From the IMG/VR virus record IMGVR_UViG_3300031772_000009, positions 27,362-91,361 of that record: a stretch of DNA of 64,000 bases; one strand, 5' to 3'. Within the stretch, counting starts at the first letter, position 1; every line of letters begins with the position of its first letter. The DNA is from a virus. Made by a program: the position numbers and the translations under genes. This document shows, one piece after another, positions 1 through 11,016 of the stretch. The notes beneath the pieces are model-generated. The model was not told the origin of the DNA, ran no database searches, and was given only the letters and a program-made list of their open reading frames with translations.

Positions 1-9
1 ATTAAAAAC

Positions 10-303
10 ATGAAGTTTCAATGCCAAAATCCAGAATGTAAAAAAATATTCGTATACGCCGCAAAACGGACATCAACCGAATATAATCCCAACTACTCAG
101 TGAAAGACCTACTTGAAACACATGAATGTCCATTCTGTAAAAGTCCGAACTTTGAAGAGTATGCCGAACCTAAAGTCATCGAGAAGATTTCAAGTGTCAA
201 AAACGTGGAACTTGCCGAGGTTGACGGGTGGATAGCCCAAGGATACGAAGTTAAAGAATTATACGCAAAAACGGCAACAATGATAAAGAAGGAGAAAACA
301 TAA
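10..303 (+). CDS. Zn-ribbon small protein
   Basis: CQNPEC...CPFC pairs. Confidence 0.6.
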   Translation: MKFQCQNPECKKIFVYAAKRTSTEYNPNYSVKDLLETHECPFCKSPNFEEYAEPKVIEKISSVKNVELAEVDGWIAQGYEVKELYAKTATMIKKEKT

Positions 304-304
304 T

Positions 305-1096
305 ATGCTTACAGCCGAGATTTTACAAGAGATACTCGATACTGGAATCGTTCTAGCTGGAGCTAAAAAGTGTGGAAAGAGTAATGCTTCTAAGGTTTTG
401 GCTAGTGAAATAATAAAGGAACATCCAAACATTCAAGTCCGAATCTTTGACACTTGCCAAAATTGGGTTCACGGTTTCGAACCCGTCCTATGCCAAAAGA
501 TAAACGATGAGACAAGATATTTATACACTGGAAAAAGAAACGTGTTGTACGACATTGAACTTATGGACATGGAAAAAATAATGGATGACATTGGAAAGAT
601 TGTTAGCCATGACTACAATGAACAGAGACTTTTGAAGACGCAAAACAAGATGGACAGATGGATAGTCTACTTTATTGAGGAAGCCCAGAACGTTCTTGGA
701 ACTTATAGTTTGTCACGGGAGTCTGGAAAACTCTGGATAAAAATGATTAGTGAAGGACGCAATTTCAATATGGCATTTGTCTTCATAGGTCAACGTCTTG
801 CAGACATATCTACAAAAGTAATAGAAAGAGCTAATGGCTACCTATTTGGAAGAACATTTGGAGATAATGATAAGAAGAAGATAACTAGAATAGTTGGAGA
901 TGCAATAATGGATAAGGGTCTGGGAGACAATGAAGACTATATAAAAATTACTGGAAATAAGATTGTTGAGGAAGTTTCTAAGCTGGAAACTGGAGAGTTT
1001 ATCTACTTTAACGGTAAAGTTGGGAGACATATAAAATTTCCATGCTATACTTCTGACTCAACTCCAATACCATTATCAATAGAAACGCTTAAATAG
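305..1096 (+). CDS. HerA/FtsK-like (DUF87-type) P-loop ATPase
   Basis: Walker A GAKKCGKS, Walker B FIEEAQ, EGRNF arginine finger and GQR motif typical of the HerA/VirB4 superfamily. Confidence 0.75.
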   Translation: MLTAEILQEILDTGIVLAGAKKCGKSNASKVLASEIIKEHPNIQVRIFDTCQNWVHGFEPVLCQKINDETRYLYTGKRNVLYDIELMDMEKIMDDIGKIVSHDYNEQRLLKTQNKMDRWIVYFIEEAQNVLGTYSLSRESGKLWIKMISEGRNFNMAFVFIGQRLADISTKVIERANGYLFGRTFGDNDKKKITRIVGDAIMDKGLGDNEDYIKITGNKIVEEVSKLETGEFIYFNGKVGRHIKFPCYTSDSTPIPLSIETLK

Positions 1097-1130
1097 TAGA
1101 GTTACTATAATAATTATAGGTGAAATTAGT

Positions 1131-1622
1131 TTGGTATTGACCGAAGAACAAAAAGAGAAGCAAAGGAAATATATGCGGGAATGGGCAAGAAAGGACAGAA
1201 CCAAAAGTCCAGAGAAATATAGACAAGCAAGTAAGCGATATAGAGAAAAACTTGGAAAAGAAGAATATAATCGAAGACAAAGGGAATGGAACAAAAGAAA
1301 CCCAGAAAAACAACTAGAACGTGATAGAAATTATAGAAACAAACACAGACAAAAATATAATGAGGCAAGACTAAATCAAATAAAAAGAAAATGGATTGAA
1401 GTTATGACTATTCTGGGAGATGTTTGTAGTATTTGTAAACATAAAGGCAAAAGAAGAGTATCTTGTCATGAAATTTATGGAAAACCTCATAAGGGGAATC
1501 CTTGGTACGTCCTTAAACATATTGAGAGGTTTATTCCTCTTTGTGATACATGTCATAAATCAGTTCACAGATACCATGAATATAAAAAGGAAATAGAAGA
1601 GTTAGAAAAGAAGATGATATAA
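1131..1622 (+). CDS. free-standing HNH homing endonuclease
   Basis: K/R-rich helical N-terminus, CSIC...HE...LCDTCH; own TATA (CTTAAATAG ~1088). Confidence 0.75.
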   Translation: MVLTEEQKEKQRKYMREWARKDRTKSPEKYRQASKRYREKLGKEEYNRRQREWNKRNPEKQLERDRNYRNKHRQKYNEARLNQIKRKWIEVMTILGDVCSICKHKGKRRVSCHEIYGKPHKGNPWYVLKHIERFIPLCDTCHKSVHRYHEYKKEIEELEKKMI

Positions 1623-1624
1623 CC

Positions 1625-1792
1625 ATGCCAAGATTAGAATGTCCAGACTGTCTGGGAAAAGGATATGTGATAGTGAAAAGAATAAAACCACGTATTAGAG
1701 ACGGAATATTTCAACGTGTAATATGTCCAAAGTGTAATGGGACTGGTTTGCTTCCTTCAGTATTTACGGGTGTAAAATTTGAAAGTCTGTAA
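1625..1792 (+). CDS. small DnaJ-type zinc-finger protein (not in ORF track)
   Basis: Read by hand: MPRLECPDCLGKG...CPKCNGTG, two CxxCxGxG repeats. Confidence 0.6.
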   Translation: MPRLECPDCLGKGYVIVKRIKPRIRDGIFQRVICPKCNGTGLLPSVFTGVKFESL

Positions 1793-2074
1793 AGGACATG
1801 TTAAAAGTCTACGAAGGGGCATGACATACCAAATAGTTAATAAGAAAGACTGTGAAATATGTAAGTTACTAGATAAACATGACTGGTGAAAATATGAATA
1901 GACTTTGGAGAATAAAGCATTGGTTCAAGTATGAACCTTCAATAGCTTTTGATTGGTTCATGGCTAAACTATTCCATATACTAGCTGAACTTACTGATAG
2001 AATAGGACGTTTAATATGTTGGCTTGGTAACTTGGATTGGGAGACTATTAAAAAAGAAGAGGAAGAAAAAGAAG

Positions 2075-3412
2075 ATGAGTAAAGAACCAAATCCAGAAGA
2101 AAATGGAGAAGTAAAAAGAGGAAGTGTCTCAACAGTCTATAACGAGAACATAGAGCATTTTGCTCAAACTTTACTGGAAGTTTTGGGCAAATTCAAAAGT
2201 CTGAGAGAACAACGTTACACGGAATTTTTTGCCACTGATGATAAAGATATGAGTCGTATCTATATTGAATATCCACCATATCAACGTGCAGAAGCCATTT
2301 ATGCCCATAACCGTTTCCTAGACGAACAAATAAAGTGTGGCAAAATTAAAGAGTCTGTAAGAATCGAAAATTATGATAGTGGCAAAGAAGTTTCTTCCTC
2401 ATATGAGACAATACGGATTTCACGGGAAAAATACGAGAACTTTTTGACTGAAGGATACCAATATTTCATTTGGGATGGCATAAGACTAACTCAAGAGATT
2501 TACTTTTCTGGAAGTAGCAGATATGTTCGTTTGTACTTTAGAAAAGCCGATACTGAAAAAGTAACAGAATTCATAACACAACTTCGCCTGTTCATGAAAA
2601 GCAATGCCTTGTTTAAAGGAGAAAAACTTCTGTTTACACGTAGAGGTTGGGTGGAAATGCTGGAATATCCAAAGTTGGACTGGAATGATGTTATTCTGTC
2701 TCCACAAATAAAAAGAGAATTCGAACTCAACTTACTCACTCCACTCAATGAAGGAGTAGACTGTATAGTAAAAGGCATTCCATGGAGAAGAGGACTATTG
2801 CTTGGTGGTTTGGCTGGAACTGGAAAAACGCAAGTTTGCAGAGTGCTTTGCAACCAATTAAAGGATGTGACGGTTCTTTGGGCGACACCTAAAGCCATTC
2901 AAGATGAAGATGATATAGCCATGCTTTTCGATGCGGCTAGACACTACTATCCAACACTGATAATAATTGAGGACATAGATTTTATAGGCGTAAGTAGAGA
3001 TTTCTCTCAAGACCCAAGTTTAGGAGAACTACTTAGCCAATTAGACGGTAACGACCCCAACTTTGGAATATTCGTTATTGCAACTACGAACAGACCAGAA
3101 ATGCTTGACTCTGCTCTTGCAAACCGTCCAAGCCGTTTTGACGTTTTGATAGAGTTCAAACTTCCAGACAAAGAATCTTGCAAGAACTTGATAAAACTGT
3201 TCAGTAAAAACATGGTGTTTGACAAAGAATTAGATTTGGAAAACTTGGCATTGTCAATGAGAGATTTGACTGGAGCACAAATCAAGGAGTCATTCGTGTA
3301 TGCTAGACTTGTAACAATATACAATAAAAAAGAGACGGTTGCAATTGAGGACGTTCTGAAGAGAGCGGAAAACTACAAATCAAAAAATGGTGCAGAGGCG
3401 TACAGAAAATAA
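2075..3412 (+). CDS. AAA+ ATPase (classic FtsH/Cdc48/BCS1-like clade)
   Basis: GLAGTGKT, IIIEDID, ATTNRPEMLDSALANRPSRFD (SRH); ATG at 2075 preferred to the track start. Confidence 0.9.
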   Translation: MSKEPNPEENGEVKRGSVSTVYNENIEHFAQTLLEVLGKFKSLREQRYTEFFATDDKDMSRIYIEYPPYQRAEAIYAHNRFLDEQIKCGKIKESVRIENYDSGKEVSSSYETIRISREKYENFLTEGYQYFIWDGIRLTQEIYFSGSSRYVRLYFRKADTEKVTEFITQLRLFMKSNALFKGEKLLFTRRGWVEMLEYPKLDWNDVILSPQIKREFELNLLTPLNEGVDCIVKGIPWRRGLLLGGLAGTGKTQVCRVLCNQLKDVTVLWATPKAIQDEDDIAMLFDAARHYYPTLIIIEDIDFIGVSRDFSQDPSLGELLSQLDGNDPNFGIFVIATTNRPEMLDSALANRPSRFDVLIEFKLPDKESCKNLIKLFSKNMVFDKELDLENLALSMRDLTGAQIKESFVYARLVTIYNKKETVAIEDVLKRAENYKSKNGAEAYRK

Positions 3413-3526
3413 TGGTTGACCATCCAATTCTGGAACGTCCATTCATAAATGACGATGAACGTCCTCAGAGACTAAACAGAAAGAACCCGTTTAATTTAGG
3501 CGGAGAAGAAAACGACTGATAAAACT

Positions 3527-3543
3527 TCATGAAGACTTAAATA
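3527..3543 (+). promoter_or_regulatory. early-type promoter, exact 17-nt copy at 15101-15117
   Basis: TCATGAAGACTTAAATA. Confidence 0.7.
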
Positions 3544-3709
3544 ATGGAAGTGTGTAAGACAGTTATGAAACAGAAAAATGAAAAACCGATAAGCTTTACA
3601 TCGTATGAGAAGACTTGTGAGTTTCATTTTGCAACAGTAACGAGAGTTTGTTATTGTGGCAAAACCGATGGGGCTTGCAGTAAGATAACATGTTGGAAGT
3701 TTAAAGAGA

Positions 3710-4138
3710 ATGAAGAATGACGCAATAAAAAGGACGTTTGAGCTTCATGGAAATGATAAGATGAACAAGATAACGGAATATTTGGCTACTTGCGACATCG
3801 CCACTCTCACACATGAAGGGTGGGTGGTAGTTGACGTTCGTGATATAACAGACTTTGAGAAGGACGTTGAGAAGGTGAAGTATAAGATTCTTCTAGTTAC
3901 CAGACTAATAGCGATGGGAGCAAAAGTGTGTGTGAGATGTGCTTGCGGAATAAACAGAAGCAATGCCATAGCTCTTTCGGCAATGTGTTATCTCTGCAAC
4001 AAAAGCGAGTATCTGGACACTGATTGGGACAGACACTACAACTTCATTAAGAAAACTGTTCCAGCAATGCAGATACTTCCAGAACTGGAAGAAACAGTTA
4101 AGAAAGCACTTAAAGAACTTTACGCTGGATGGAAGTAA
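3710..4138 (+). CDS. dual-specificity/PTP-like phosphatase
   Basis: CX5R signature VRCACGINRS. Confidence 0.8.
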   Translation: MKNDAIKRTFELHGNDKMNKITEYLATCDIATLTHEGWVVVDVRDITDFEKDVEKVKYKILLVTRLIAMGAKVCVRCACGINRSNAIALSAMCYLCNKSEYLDTDWDRHYNFIKKTVPAMQILPELEETVKKALKELYAGWK

Positions 4139-4337
4139 AAAGAATGAAGATGACTAACAGAGAATATAAACTTGTTTGTAGAGAACTTACTGAAAGAATG
4201 AAGGATACTATCATTACATTTCCACGTAAAGATAATTTTGAAGGGTTGGATTTGGGTGATACTTCTACTATAAGTATTACTTTTGTTGGTGCGGATATAA
4301 TGCAGATATTAGGAAGAATAAGAAGAGGGAAACTAAA

Positions 4338-4643
4338 ATGAACTGTCCACACTGTAACTCTGAATTGGAACTGGACAAGACTGGAGCATTAGTTTGTCCG
4401 AAGTGTCACTGTGTCTTCCGAGTCTGTCTTGTTCGTTACGAACCAAAATGCTATGCCAAACAGTATCCACACTCATCTGTAAAACAAGAACAGAAAAAGA
4501 GAAAGAAACGTGGAAGACCTAAAGACCCGATAAAAGCATTGCATGAATCAATGGAAGAAAACAAAGAAGTGCTTGAAGCATTAAGTCATGGTCATCTTAA
4601 GAAGCGGGGGAGACCTAGAAAGATAAAGGAAAAGGTAAGTTAA
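4338..4643 (+). CDS. Zn-finger protein with two AT-hook-like motifs
   Basis: CPHC...CPKC; KRGRPK and KRGRPR. Confidence 0.6.
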   Translation: MNCPHCNSELELDKTGALVCPKCHCVFRVCLVRYEPKCYAKQYPHSSVKQEQKKRKKRGRPKDPIKALHESMEENKEVLEALSHGHLKKRGRPRKIKEKVS

Positions 4644-4710
4644 GATGTGCCAAATAAACAAGATGAAAATAACCATAAAGTTTAAATAGTGGAAATGATT
4701 ATTATATGTC

Positions 4711-5232
4711 ATGGTGAACAAAATGAAGCGTATGACTTGCCAACATGGTATCTCACCTAAAAGTAAATGTAGAAAATGTCGTAGTGAATGGGAAAGAAAA
4801 TATTCAAATAAAAGATATAATGATGACCAGATTTATAGAGAAAGAAGATTGGAACAAAATAGACGATATGGAATGGAACATAGAGATAAACAGAAAATGA
4901 GAAAGAAAAATTATTATGAACATAATAAAGAGAAACTTTTACAAAAAAGAAAAGAACGCTATATAAGAGAAAGATTAGAATTAATGAGAAAATGGAAAGA
5001 AACAAAGAAAAAATTAGTTGGTTTGCTTGGTGGAAAATGTCAACAATGTGGTTATAGTAAATGTTTCTCAGCTTTAGATTTTCACCATATCAATCCCGAT
5101 GATAAAGAATGTAATGAAGAATGGGCTAGATATCCAGAAAAATTTATTCAAAAAATTAAGGATGGTAAGGTTCGATTGCTCTGCTCAAATTGCCATAGAG
5201 AAGTTCATCATCCAAATTATGGAGATAATTAA
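4711..5232 (+). CDS. free-standing HNH endonuclease
   Basis: LGGKCQQCG...LDFHH...LCSNCHREVH. Confidence 0.85.
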   Translation: MVNKMKRMTCQHGISPKSKCRKCRSEWERKYSNKRYNDDQIYRERRLEQNRRYGMEHRDKQKMRKKNYYEHNKEKLLQKRKERYIRERLELMRKWKETKKKLVGLLGGKCQQCGYSKCFSALDFHHINPDDKECNEEWARYPEKFIQKIKDGKVRLLCSNCHREVHHPNYGDN

Positions 5233-5233
5233 T

Positions 5234-5518
5234 ATGTGTGATATTTCATCTATGAAAATCCATAGAAGGTGTAAAACACTATTAGAACCAATATTATTAT
5301 ATGTTCAATGGAAACCAGATTTAATGGTTGGTATATGTAAGTCGTGTTGGGAGAGGATTCCACCAGACTTAACATGGGGAGACGACAAGATTCCTACTAT
5401 GGAAGAGATTTTTGGTAGACGAATTAAAGAGGAGCAAGAAGCTACGGTTACGGAGTATCGTCTTAAAGATAAGAAAGGCGTAATTCAGAATGAGAGTGAA
5501 GAGGAAGACGTTGAGTAA
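5234..5518 (+). CDS. hypothetical Cys-containing protein whose 5' end is duplicated upstream of the HNH
   Basis: ATG 5234 MCDISSMKIHRRC; relic MCQINKMKI at 4645. Confidence 0.6.
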   Translation: MCDISSMKIHRRCKTLLEPILLYVQWKPDLMVGICKSCWERIPPDLTWGDDKIPTMEEIFGRRIKEEQEATVTEYRLKDKKGVIQNESEEEDVE

Positions 5519-5573
5519 AAGCCCATGAAGGTTTATATAGTAGAAAGAGAAATAGATAGGTAGGGAAAATAAA

Positions 5574-8529
5574 ATGGCTGAAATCGTACATAATACTATT
5601 AGAGCTTCTTATCCAATTTGGATAGTGTGTGATAAGTGTAATGAGAGAGTCGAACTTGTTAGAGCACGTTCATGTATTGAAAAAGGGGAATACATAACAG
5701 TAATAGATATAAACCATAAATGTAAGGAAAAGGAGAAGGCTTCTACAATTAAGGATAAAAAAAGAATTATAGAGGGATGTTCACGTATATATGAGAAACC
5801 AAAAAGAGAACCACCAACACCATAGAAGGTTGAGTAAATGACTAATCTGGGATTTGAAATAAGAGAAACAATGTGTATTCATGCGGAATATTCACGTTCT
5901 GCTACAGATAAAGTAATAGAAATACTTTATAATGGAAAACTGATTCAGACTTACAAGATGAACGTGACCGCTCCGTTTGAACTTACCGAGAAAGACTTGA
6001 TAGATTTACTATACAAAATCCACGGTGTAATAATAGGCAAAAAAGAGTGATGAATGATGAAAGCAGTTTTGATGTTTGGTGGACTTAAACAGTATATCGC
6101 CGTGAAACAGCCAATACCATCTAGACTTAAAATTTCAATAGGTGAACCATTAAGTAGTATGGAGTTGATTCACAACCCAGAAGCTACAGTAACTATGAAA
6201 ATATTAGAGTTTGAGTTTACTGGTAAATGGGAAGCATGTCCAATATGCGGTGAAATGTTACCGATATACGAGGTAGTTTCTAATGAATAAAGAGGAAGAA
6301 ATTTGGAAATGTGGGTTTGGAAGTCAATGTTCCAAAGTAAGCAGAATGGGTATAGAATGTTGTCCATGTGCATATCTTACCGTAACTCCTAAAGTTGCCT
6401 CAACTTTGCTTTATCTGGAAACTTGTCTGGTAGACCAATATGGAAGAGTGGAAGGTAGAAGGATGAACAATGAAGATTTGGAAATAATAGAGAAACTTGT
6501 AAAGGACAAGTTCATACATTTTGGACGTTTATCTTTTAAAGCTATAAAGAGATGGAGAGACGCTAATATTGGAAAACTTTATACTTACTACGTTAGATTT
6601 ACTCCGCAAGCATGGCAATTAACTCATAGGTTTAGACGTGAAAGGTCTGAAAGGATGATTGGAAAACAAAACGCTGAGTTATTAGCAGAGATGAATAAAA
6701 ATGGATAATAACAAACCAAGATTTAAAGTTGAAAAGGCTTTAAGGGATTCTATAGCTTCACAATTGCTTAATGATACAGTAGACTGTGTAATGCAGATAC
6801 TAGAGGATGAAAAACAAGACTCTTTTGATGAAGGATATAATCAAGGTAAGATAGACGGTGAAAAAGAAGCTAAGTCTGGAGTTGGTAATTAATGGATAAA
6901 CTAAAAGCTTTAGAAGAAATATTGAAGGTTCTTAAAGACACAGAGAATAATATAGAATCCATACTAAATGAACTATGGGATGAAGCTTATGAGAAAGGAA
7001 AAGAAGATGGTGATTCTGGGGGTTGGTAGGCATGGATAAACTGGAAAATAGTGAACAAATGGCAAAGGCGATAGTAGAACACTTGATGGAATGTAATGTA
7101 ATAAGAATCTATGCAAAATTGAAACGTTATATTACGATGAATCCTTACATAACACAAGAAATGTTAGAGAAGTATGTTCGGGAATCAATCTTGAAGTATC
7201 TGTTGAAAGAGGAATTGGAATTGATAAAAGAATATTTCGATAAGGAACGTGAATAAAAATGGTGAAGATAGAGTTTAGACAGAAAAATCGTGATGGCACA
7301 GAAGCCATAGTGTACGACAACGAAGAGAACAAGTTGGAAGCCATAGTGTTTGTTGGTAAAGCACCGAGAATCAGCAAGATGTATGTTGTTCCTAAAGACA
7401 AGCTTAAAGAGGTTCTCCAGCAAATCTATGAATGTAAATCAATACTTAAATATGAGGAGAAGCCGAAACCATGAAACCAATTACAGAAAAAGAACTACTT
7501 AAACTACTCCTAAAATGTTCACGTCACGATATGCATCCTAAAGTTTGCAAGGACTGTAATCAATCTCATCACCATGTTATTTGTATCTATGATTTGTTAA
7601 TGAGTTTGGATGGTGGGTTTAAACTTAACGAGAAATTTCAACAAATGCTGGCGGAGACGAAACATCCAATGAAAATCCTTGAGACAGCAATGAAGAAGCA
7701 TGATACTGTACTCAGAAGACTTGGCAACGGAAGCAGAATCGTGAAGAAATGTAGGTATTGTGGTAGTGAAAACATATTAGTTTCTAAAGACCATGCAGAC
7801 TACTGTATGGACTGTAGAAAGGTTCAGTAGGTGATGGAATAGATGCCACATTCAAGTAAGGGAATATTCAGTCTCAGAAATATCTGGAAAGCAATAAAGA
7901 AGTTGTTTAAACAATGAAAAAACTATATATATGTCCAGTTAGGGATAATTGTCCATATCATTATGATGCTTGCACAGACCCAACCAAATTCTGTAGAATA
8001 ATAGAAGATACACCAGAACACTTCCAAAAGGAGATAAACAAACAGTGACACCGTTAAAAAGATGTGAGGGTTTCGGAGTAAAATTTAGCGAGACAGACGA
8101 GATTTGCAAGCAATGTGATGATGCTATGGAGTGTATGCAAGAATTTCTGGACGAACAATTCAAAATTGGTAGTGGACAAAGATTTCCCGTTGAGACCGCA
8201 TTGAAGGTTAGAGAGAAGCCGCCAATCAGTATAATGTTTCCGAAGGTTGGAGACGACAACATAAGTTTTTCCATCTATTTTAACAAGGAATGGCTGAAGA
8301 AACAACTCTTCGGAGACCGAGATAACGATAAGAAGGAAGGTTAATGAAGATTAATCTGTGGATAGAACCAAAAGATGAGGAGCAATTCAGAGAAGACTTG
8401 AGAAAGTTCTTGAATGACCACGCTAAGAATTATGAAGAAACAATAGTCATAGATGGTAAGGCTGTAGTTCAAGAAACAAACGAATATAGTAAAGCTTGGT
8501 ACTATAAAATCGAGAAGGAAGAAAAATGA
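5574..8529 (+). CDS. cluster of ~12 short co-oriented hypothetical ORFs (several Zn-finger)
   Basis: Abutting or overlapping starts and stops after promoter at ~5522-5545; individual functions not recognisable. Confidence 0.55.
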
Positions 8530-8697
8530 AGTTTGTGATTGGTAGAAAAAGTAAAAGTATCGAAAAGAGCATGGATATTATTGATGACTACCTATATGAC
8601 GAACATGGAAACGCTAAAGACCGAGAGTTTTACTTTACCATATTTCCTAGACCAGAAATAAATGATTACGCATTAAGCAAAAGGGTTGAAAGATAAA

Positions 8698-9279
8698 ATG
8701 TCGAGAAAGAAAGAAATTCCATGGGAACGTTATTCTCATATACCAATCTTAGAGGGAAACAGAAGGTTGCAAAGACAATTGCTTGGTCTAAGATTACACT
8801 TCACGATTAAACATGACGGACAAAACGTTACTATTTGGCTGAGAAAAAAGAAATACTGCAAGAAGAAAACAGAGATAATAATTTCTAGTCACAACCAAGA
8901 AAACGCTTTCTCAGACATAGTGGCTTGTGTTCAAAAGACAGAAGAATACCAGAAGATTCTTGAACTCATAGCAGACAATCCAACTTTCAGAGTGGTTGCT
9001 GAAGAATGTGCTAAAGGAGCAAGCATCACGGGAATAAGGCAATATTCAAAGGCAACGTTAATCGTAGTTGACATCTTTGACACGGCAATAATGAACTACT
9101 TATCCTATACTCAAGTCTATCAATTCTGTTATCATTATCATATACCAATCGTTGAACTTTACGCTACGACAAGACACAGAACAATCAAGGACTTGATGAA
9201 GTTTTCACACCACGTTCTGGAATACTGTAATAAACCTAAATGTCAATGTCTTGATTGTGGTAAAATATTTGAAAACTAA
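8698..9279 (+). CDS. RNA ligase (Rnl-type nucleotidyltransferase), N-terminal part
   Basis: Motif I KHDGQN, SH of Ia, VAEE (III), VDI (IIIa); ends in half a Zn ribbon, CLDCG. Confidence 0.75.
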   Translation: MSRKKEIPWERYSHIPILEGNRRLQRQLLGLRLHFTIKHDGQNVTIWLRKKKYCKKKTEIIISSHNQENAFSDIVACVQKTEEYQKILELIADNPTFRVVAEECAKGASITGIRQYSKATLIVVDIFDTAIMNYLSYTQVYQFCYHYHIPIVELYATTRHRTIKDLMKFSHHVLEYCNKPKCQCLDCGKIFEN

Positions 9280-9334
9280 CCAAAAGATTTAAATACATGG
9301 TTAATAATTATAATACTCAAAGAGATGATTAAAA

Positions 9335-9967
9335 ATGGGTTTGATATGCAATATATGCAATTTAGAAAAGTCACCCGAGGATTTTTATACTCTTTATAAA
9401 TATGTAAAGAAAAATGGGGAAGAAAGTATTTATAAAAATCTTGTTTGTAAAAAATGTATTCCACTCATTAGAAGAGAAAGATACTATAATGATGAAGTTT
9501 ATAGAACAAAGCGTTTATTGGAAAATAAACTTTGTAAAGAGAAAAAACGAGAAGAATATTTAAAGAAGAGAAGAGAATGGAGAGCAAGAAATAGGGATAA
9601 GATAAACAAAAAATTGAGAGATTTTCACGCTCAACATAAAAAGGAAAAATCGGAATATTATTTAAGGAAATTAAAATATAGTAAAGAATATGCAAAATCA
9701 CATAGAAGAGAAAAAAACGTTTGGCAACAAGATTATCATGAGAAATTGAGAAGAGAACTCGTCCAAAAATTAGGTGGAAAATGTATTAGATGTGAAGAGA
9801 AAGATGTTGATGTATTAGAATTCGACCATATTGAGCCAATATTACAGAGAGAACGTTCATTTTATGGAGTAAAACTTCATCCAGAATTATATCAGCTTCT
9901 TTGTGCTAATTGTCATTGTAAAAAAACAAGAGAAGATATGAAGGTGATATTATGTCAAAAACAATAA
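9335..9967 (+). CDS. HNH endonuclease inserted in the RNA ligase gene
   Basis: LGGKCIRC...LEFDH...LCANCH; own TATA (GATTTAAATA ~9286). Confidence 0.85.
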   Translation: MGLICNICNLEKSPEDFYTLYKYVKKNGEESIYKNLVCKKCIPLIRRERYYNDEVYRTKRLLENKLCKEKKREEYLKKRREWRARNRDKINKKLRDFHAQHKKEKSEYYLRKLKYSKEYAKSHRREKNVWQQDYHEKLRRELVQKLGGKCIRCEEKDVDVLEFDHIEPILQRERSFYGVKLHPELYQLLCANCHCKKTREDMKVILCQKQ

Positions 9968-10323
9968 AGAAATGTCCTTATTGTGGTAGTAAAAATATCT
10001 TCGAATACGGCAAGGATGAGGGCATGGTGATAAAGGCGTTCAATAAGGACGGAGAATACATCATGGCGAAAATAAAGCTGGATTTGCCACGCCCAATAGT
10101 TGAAAGGGTTAGAGAAGGACCGCCGAAACTTCCAGTGATTCCAGAGAGTGAGATTATGGGAGCGATAAGCCATGTGCAAGCAGACTTTGGACTCGATGGA
10201 ACTCCGTCTCATGACATGCCACTTATTGCGAAAGCAATTGCAGAGGAATGTAGGAAACATTTCTATTCTAGCCGTGGAAATCTATTCACGTATTACCAAA
10301 AATATCTGGAGAATCGAAAATGA
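9952..10323 (+). CDS. RNA ligase, C-terminal part
   Basis: CPYCGS, motif IV DEGMVIK, motif V AKIK; own GGTGA SD. Confidence 0.75.
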   Translation: MSKTIKKCPYCGSKNIFEYGKDEGMVIKAFNKDGEYIMAKIKLDLPRPIVERVREGPPKLPVIPESEIMGAISHVQADFGLDGTPSHDMPLIAKAIAEECRKHFYSSRGNLFTYYQKYLENRK

Positions 10324-10547
10324 TTAAAGATGAAGAGAAGTTCCAAGTTGGTGATTATATAGGATTCAATATTTTCGGGACAGATTTAAGAGGAACTGGA
10401 GAAGTTCTTGGAAAGGCATTAGAAGGTATTTGTCCCATGTGGATAGTATTAATAGATGAGAGACCTACAGATACAATGCGAAAAATAAAAGAGAAAGCAC
10501 TTATAATTCAAGAGAACTTTATGACATTAATGGAGCGTAAAAAGTAA

Positions 10548-11006
10548 ATGGAACTTGATAACATTAAAGTGAGTGCAACCGTGATAGTCATATCTAAAGA
10601 CAATAAGGCTCTTATAGTGCAGAGACCACCAGACAAAGCATTTCCGAATCTGTGGACGGTTGCGGGTGGCAAGATTCAAGACACTGATGGAATATTGGAA
10701 AGTGAGGGGTTTCGTTATTATTCAGTAGAAGAATGTGCAAGTCGTGAACTTTGGGAAGAAACTGGAATTACTGTTGAACTTGAGAAACTGAAATATCTTT
10801 GCTCAATTACTACGATATGGGGAAAGACAAGGCGTATTATCTTAAGTTTCTATATTGTTCTGAACGTGAATGCTAAAGATATAGACATAAGATTAACTGA
10901 ATGTCAAGCTTACAGATGGATACAAGAACATGAAATTCCACAATATGGATTCATTCCAGACATCGGTGGAGAAATCAGAGAAGTCTTCAAACGAATTAAG
11001 AAGTGA
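10548..11006 (+). CDS. NUDIX hydrolase
   Basis: AGG...ECASRELWEETG Nudix box. Confidence 0.9.
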   Translation: MELDNIKVSATVIVISKDNKALIVQRPPDKAFPNLWTVAGGKIQDTDGILESEGFRYYSVEECASRELWEETGITVELEKLKYLCSITTIWGKTRRIILSFYIVLNVNAKDIDIRLTECQAYRWIQEHEIPQYGFIPDIGGEIREVFKRIKK

Positions 11007-11016
11007 GACAAAAAAG

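Noticed and set aside
9270-9965. Group I or bulge-helix-bulge intron in the RNA ligase
   Set aside because: There is no room for a ribozyme core and no consistent junction pairing, and the downstream half has its own SD and ATG. It is not fully excluded without RNA data.
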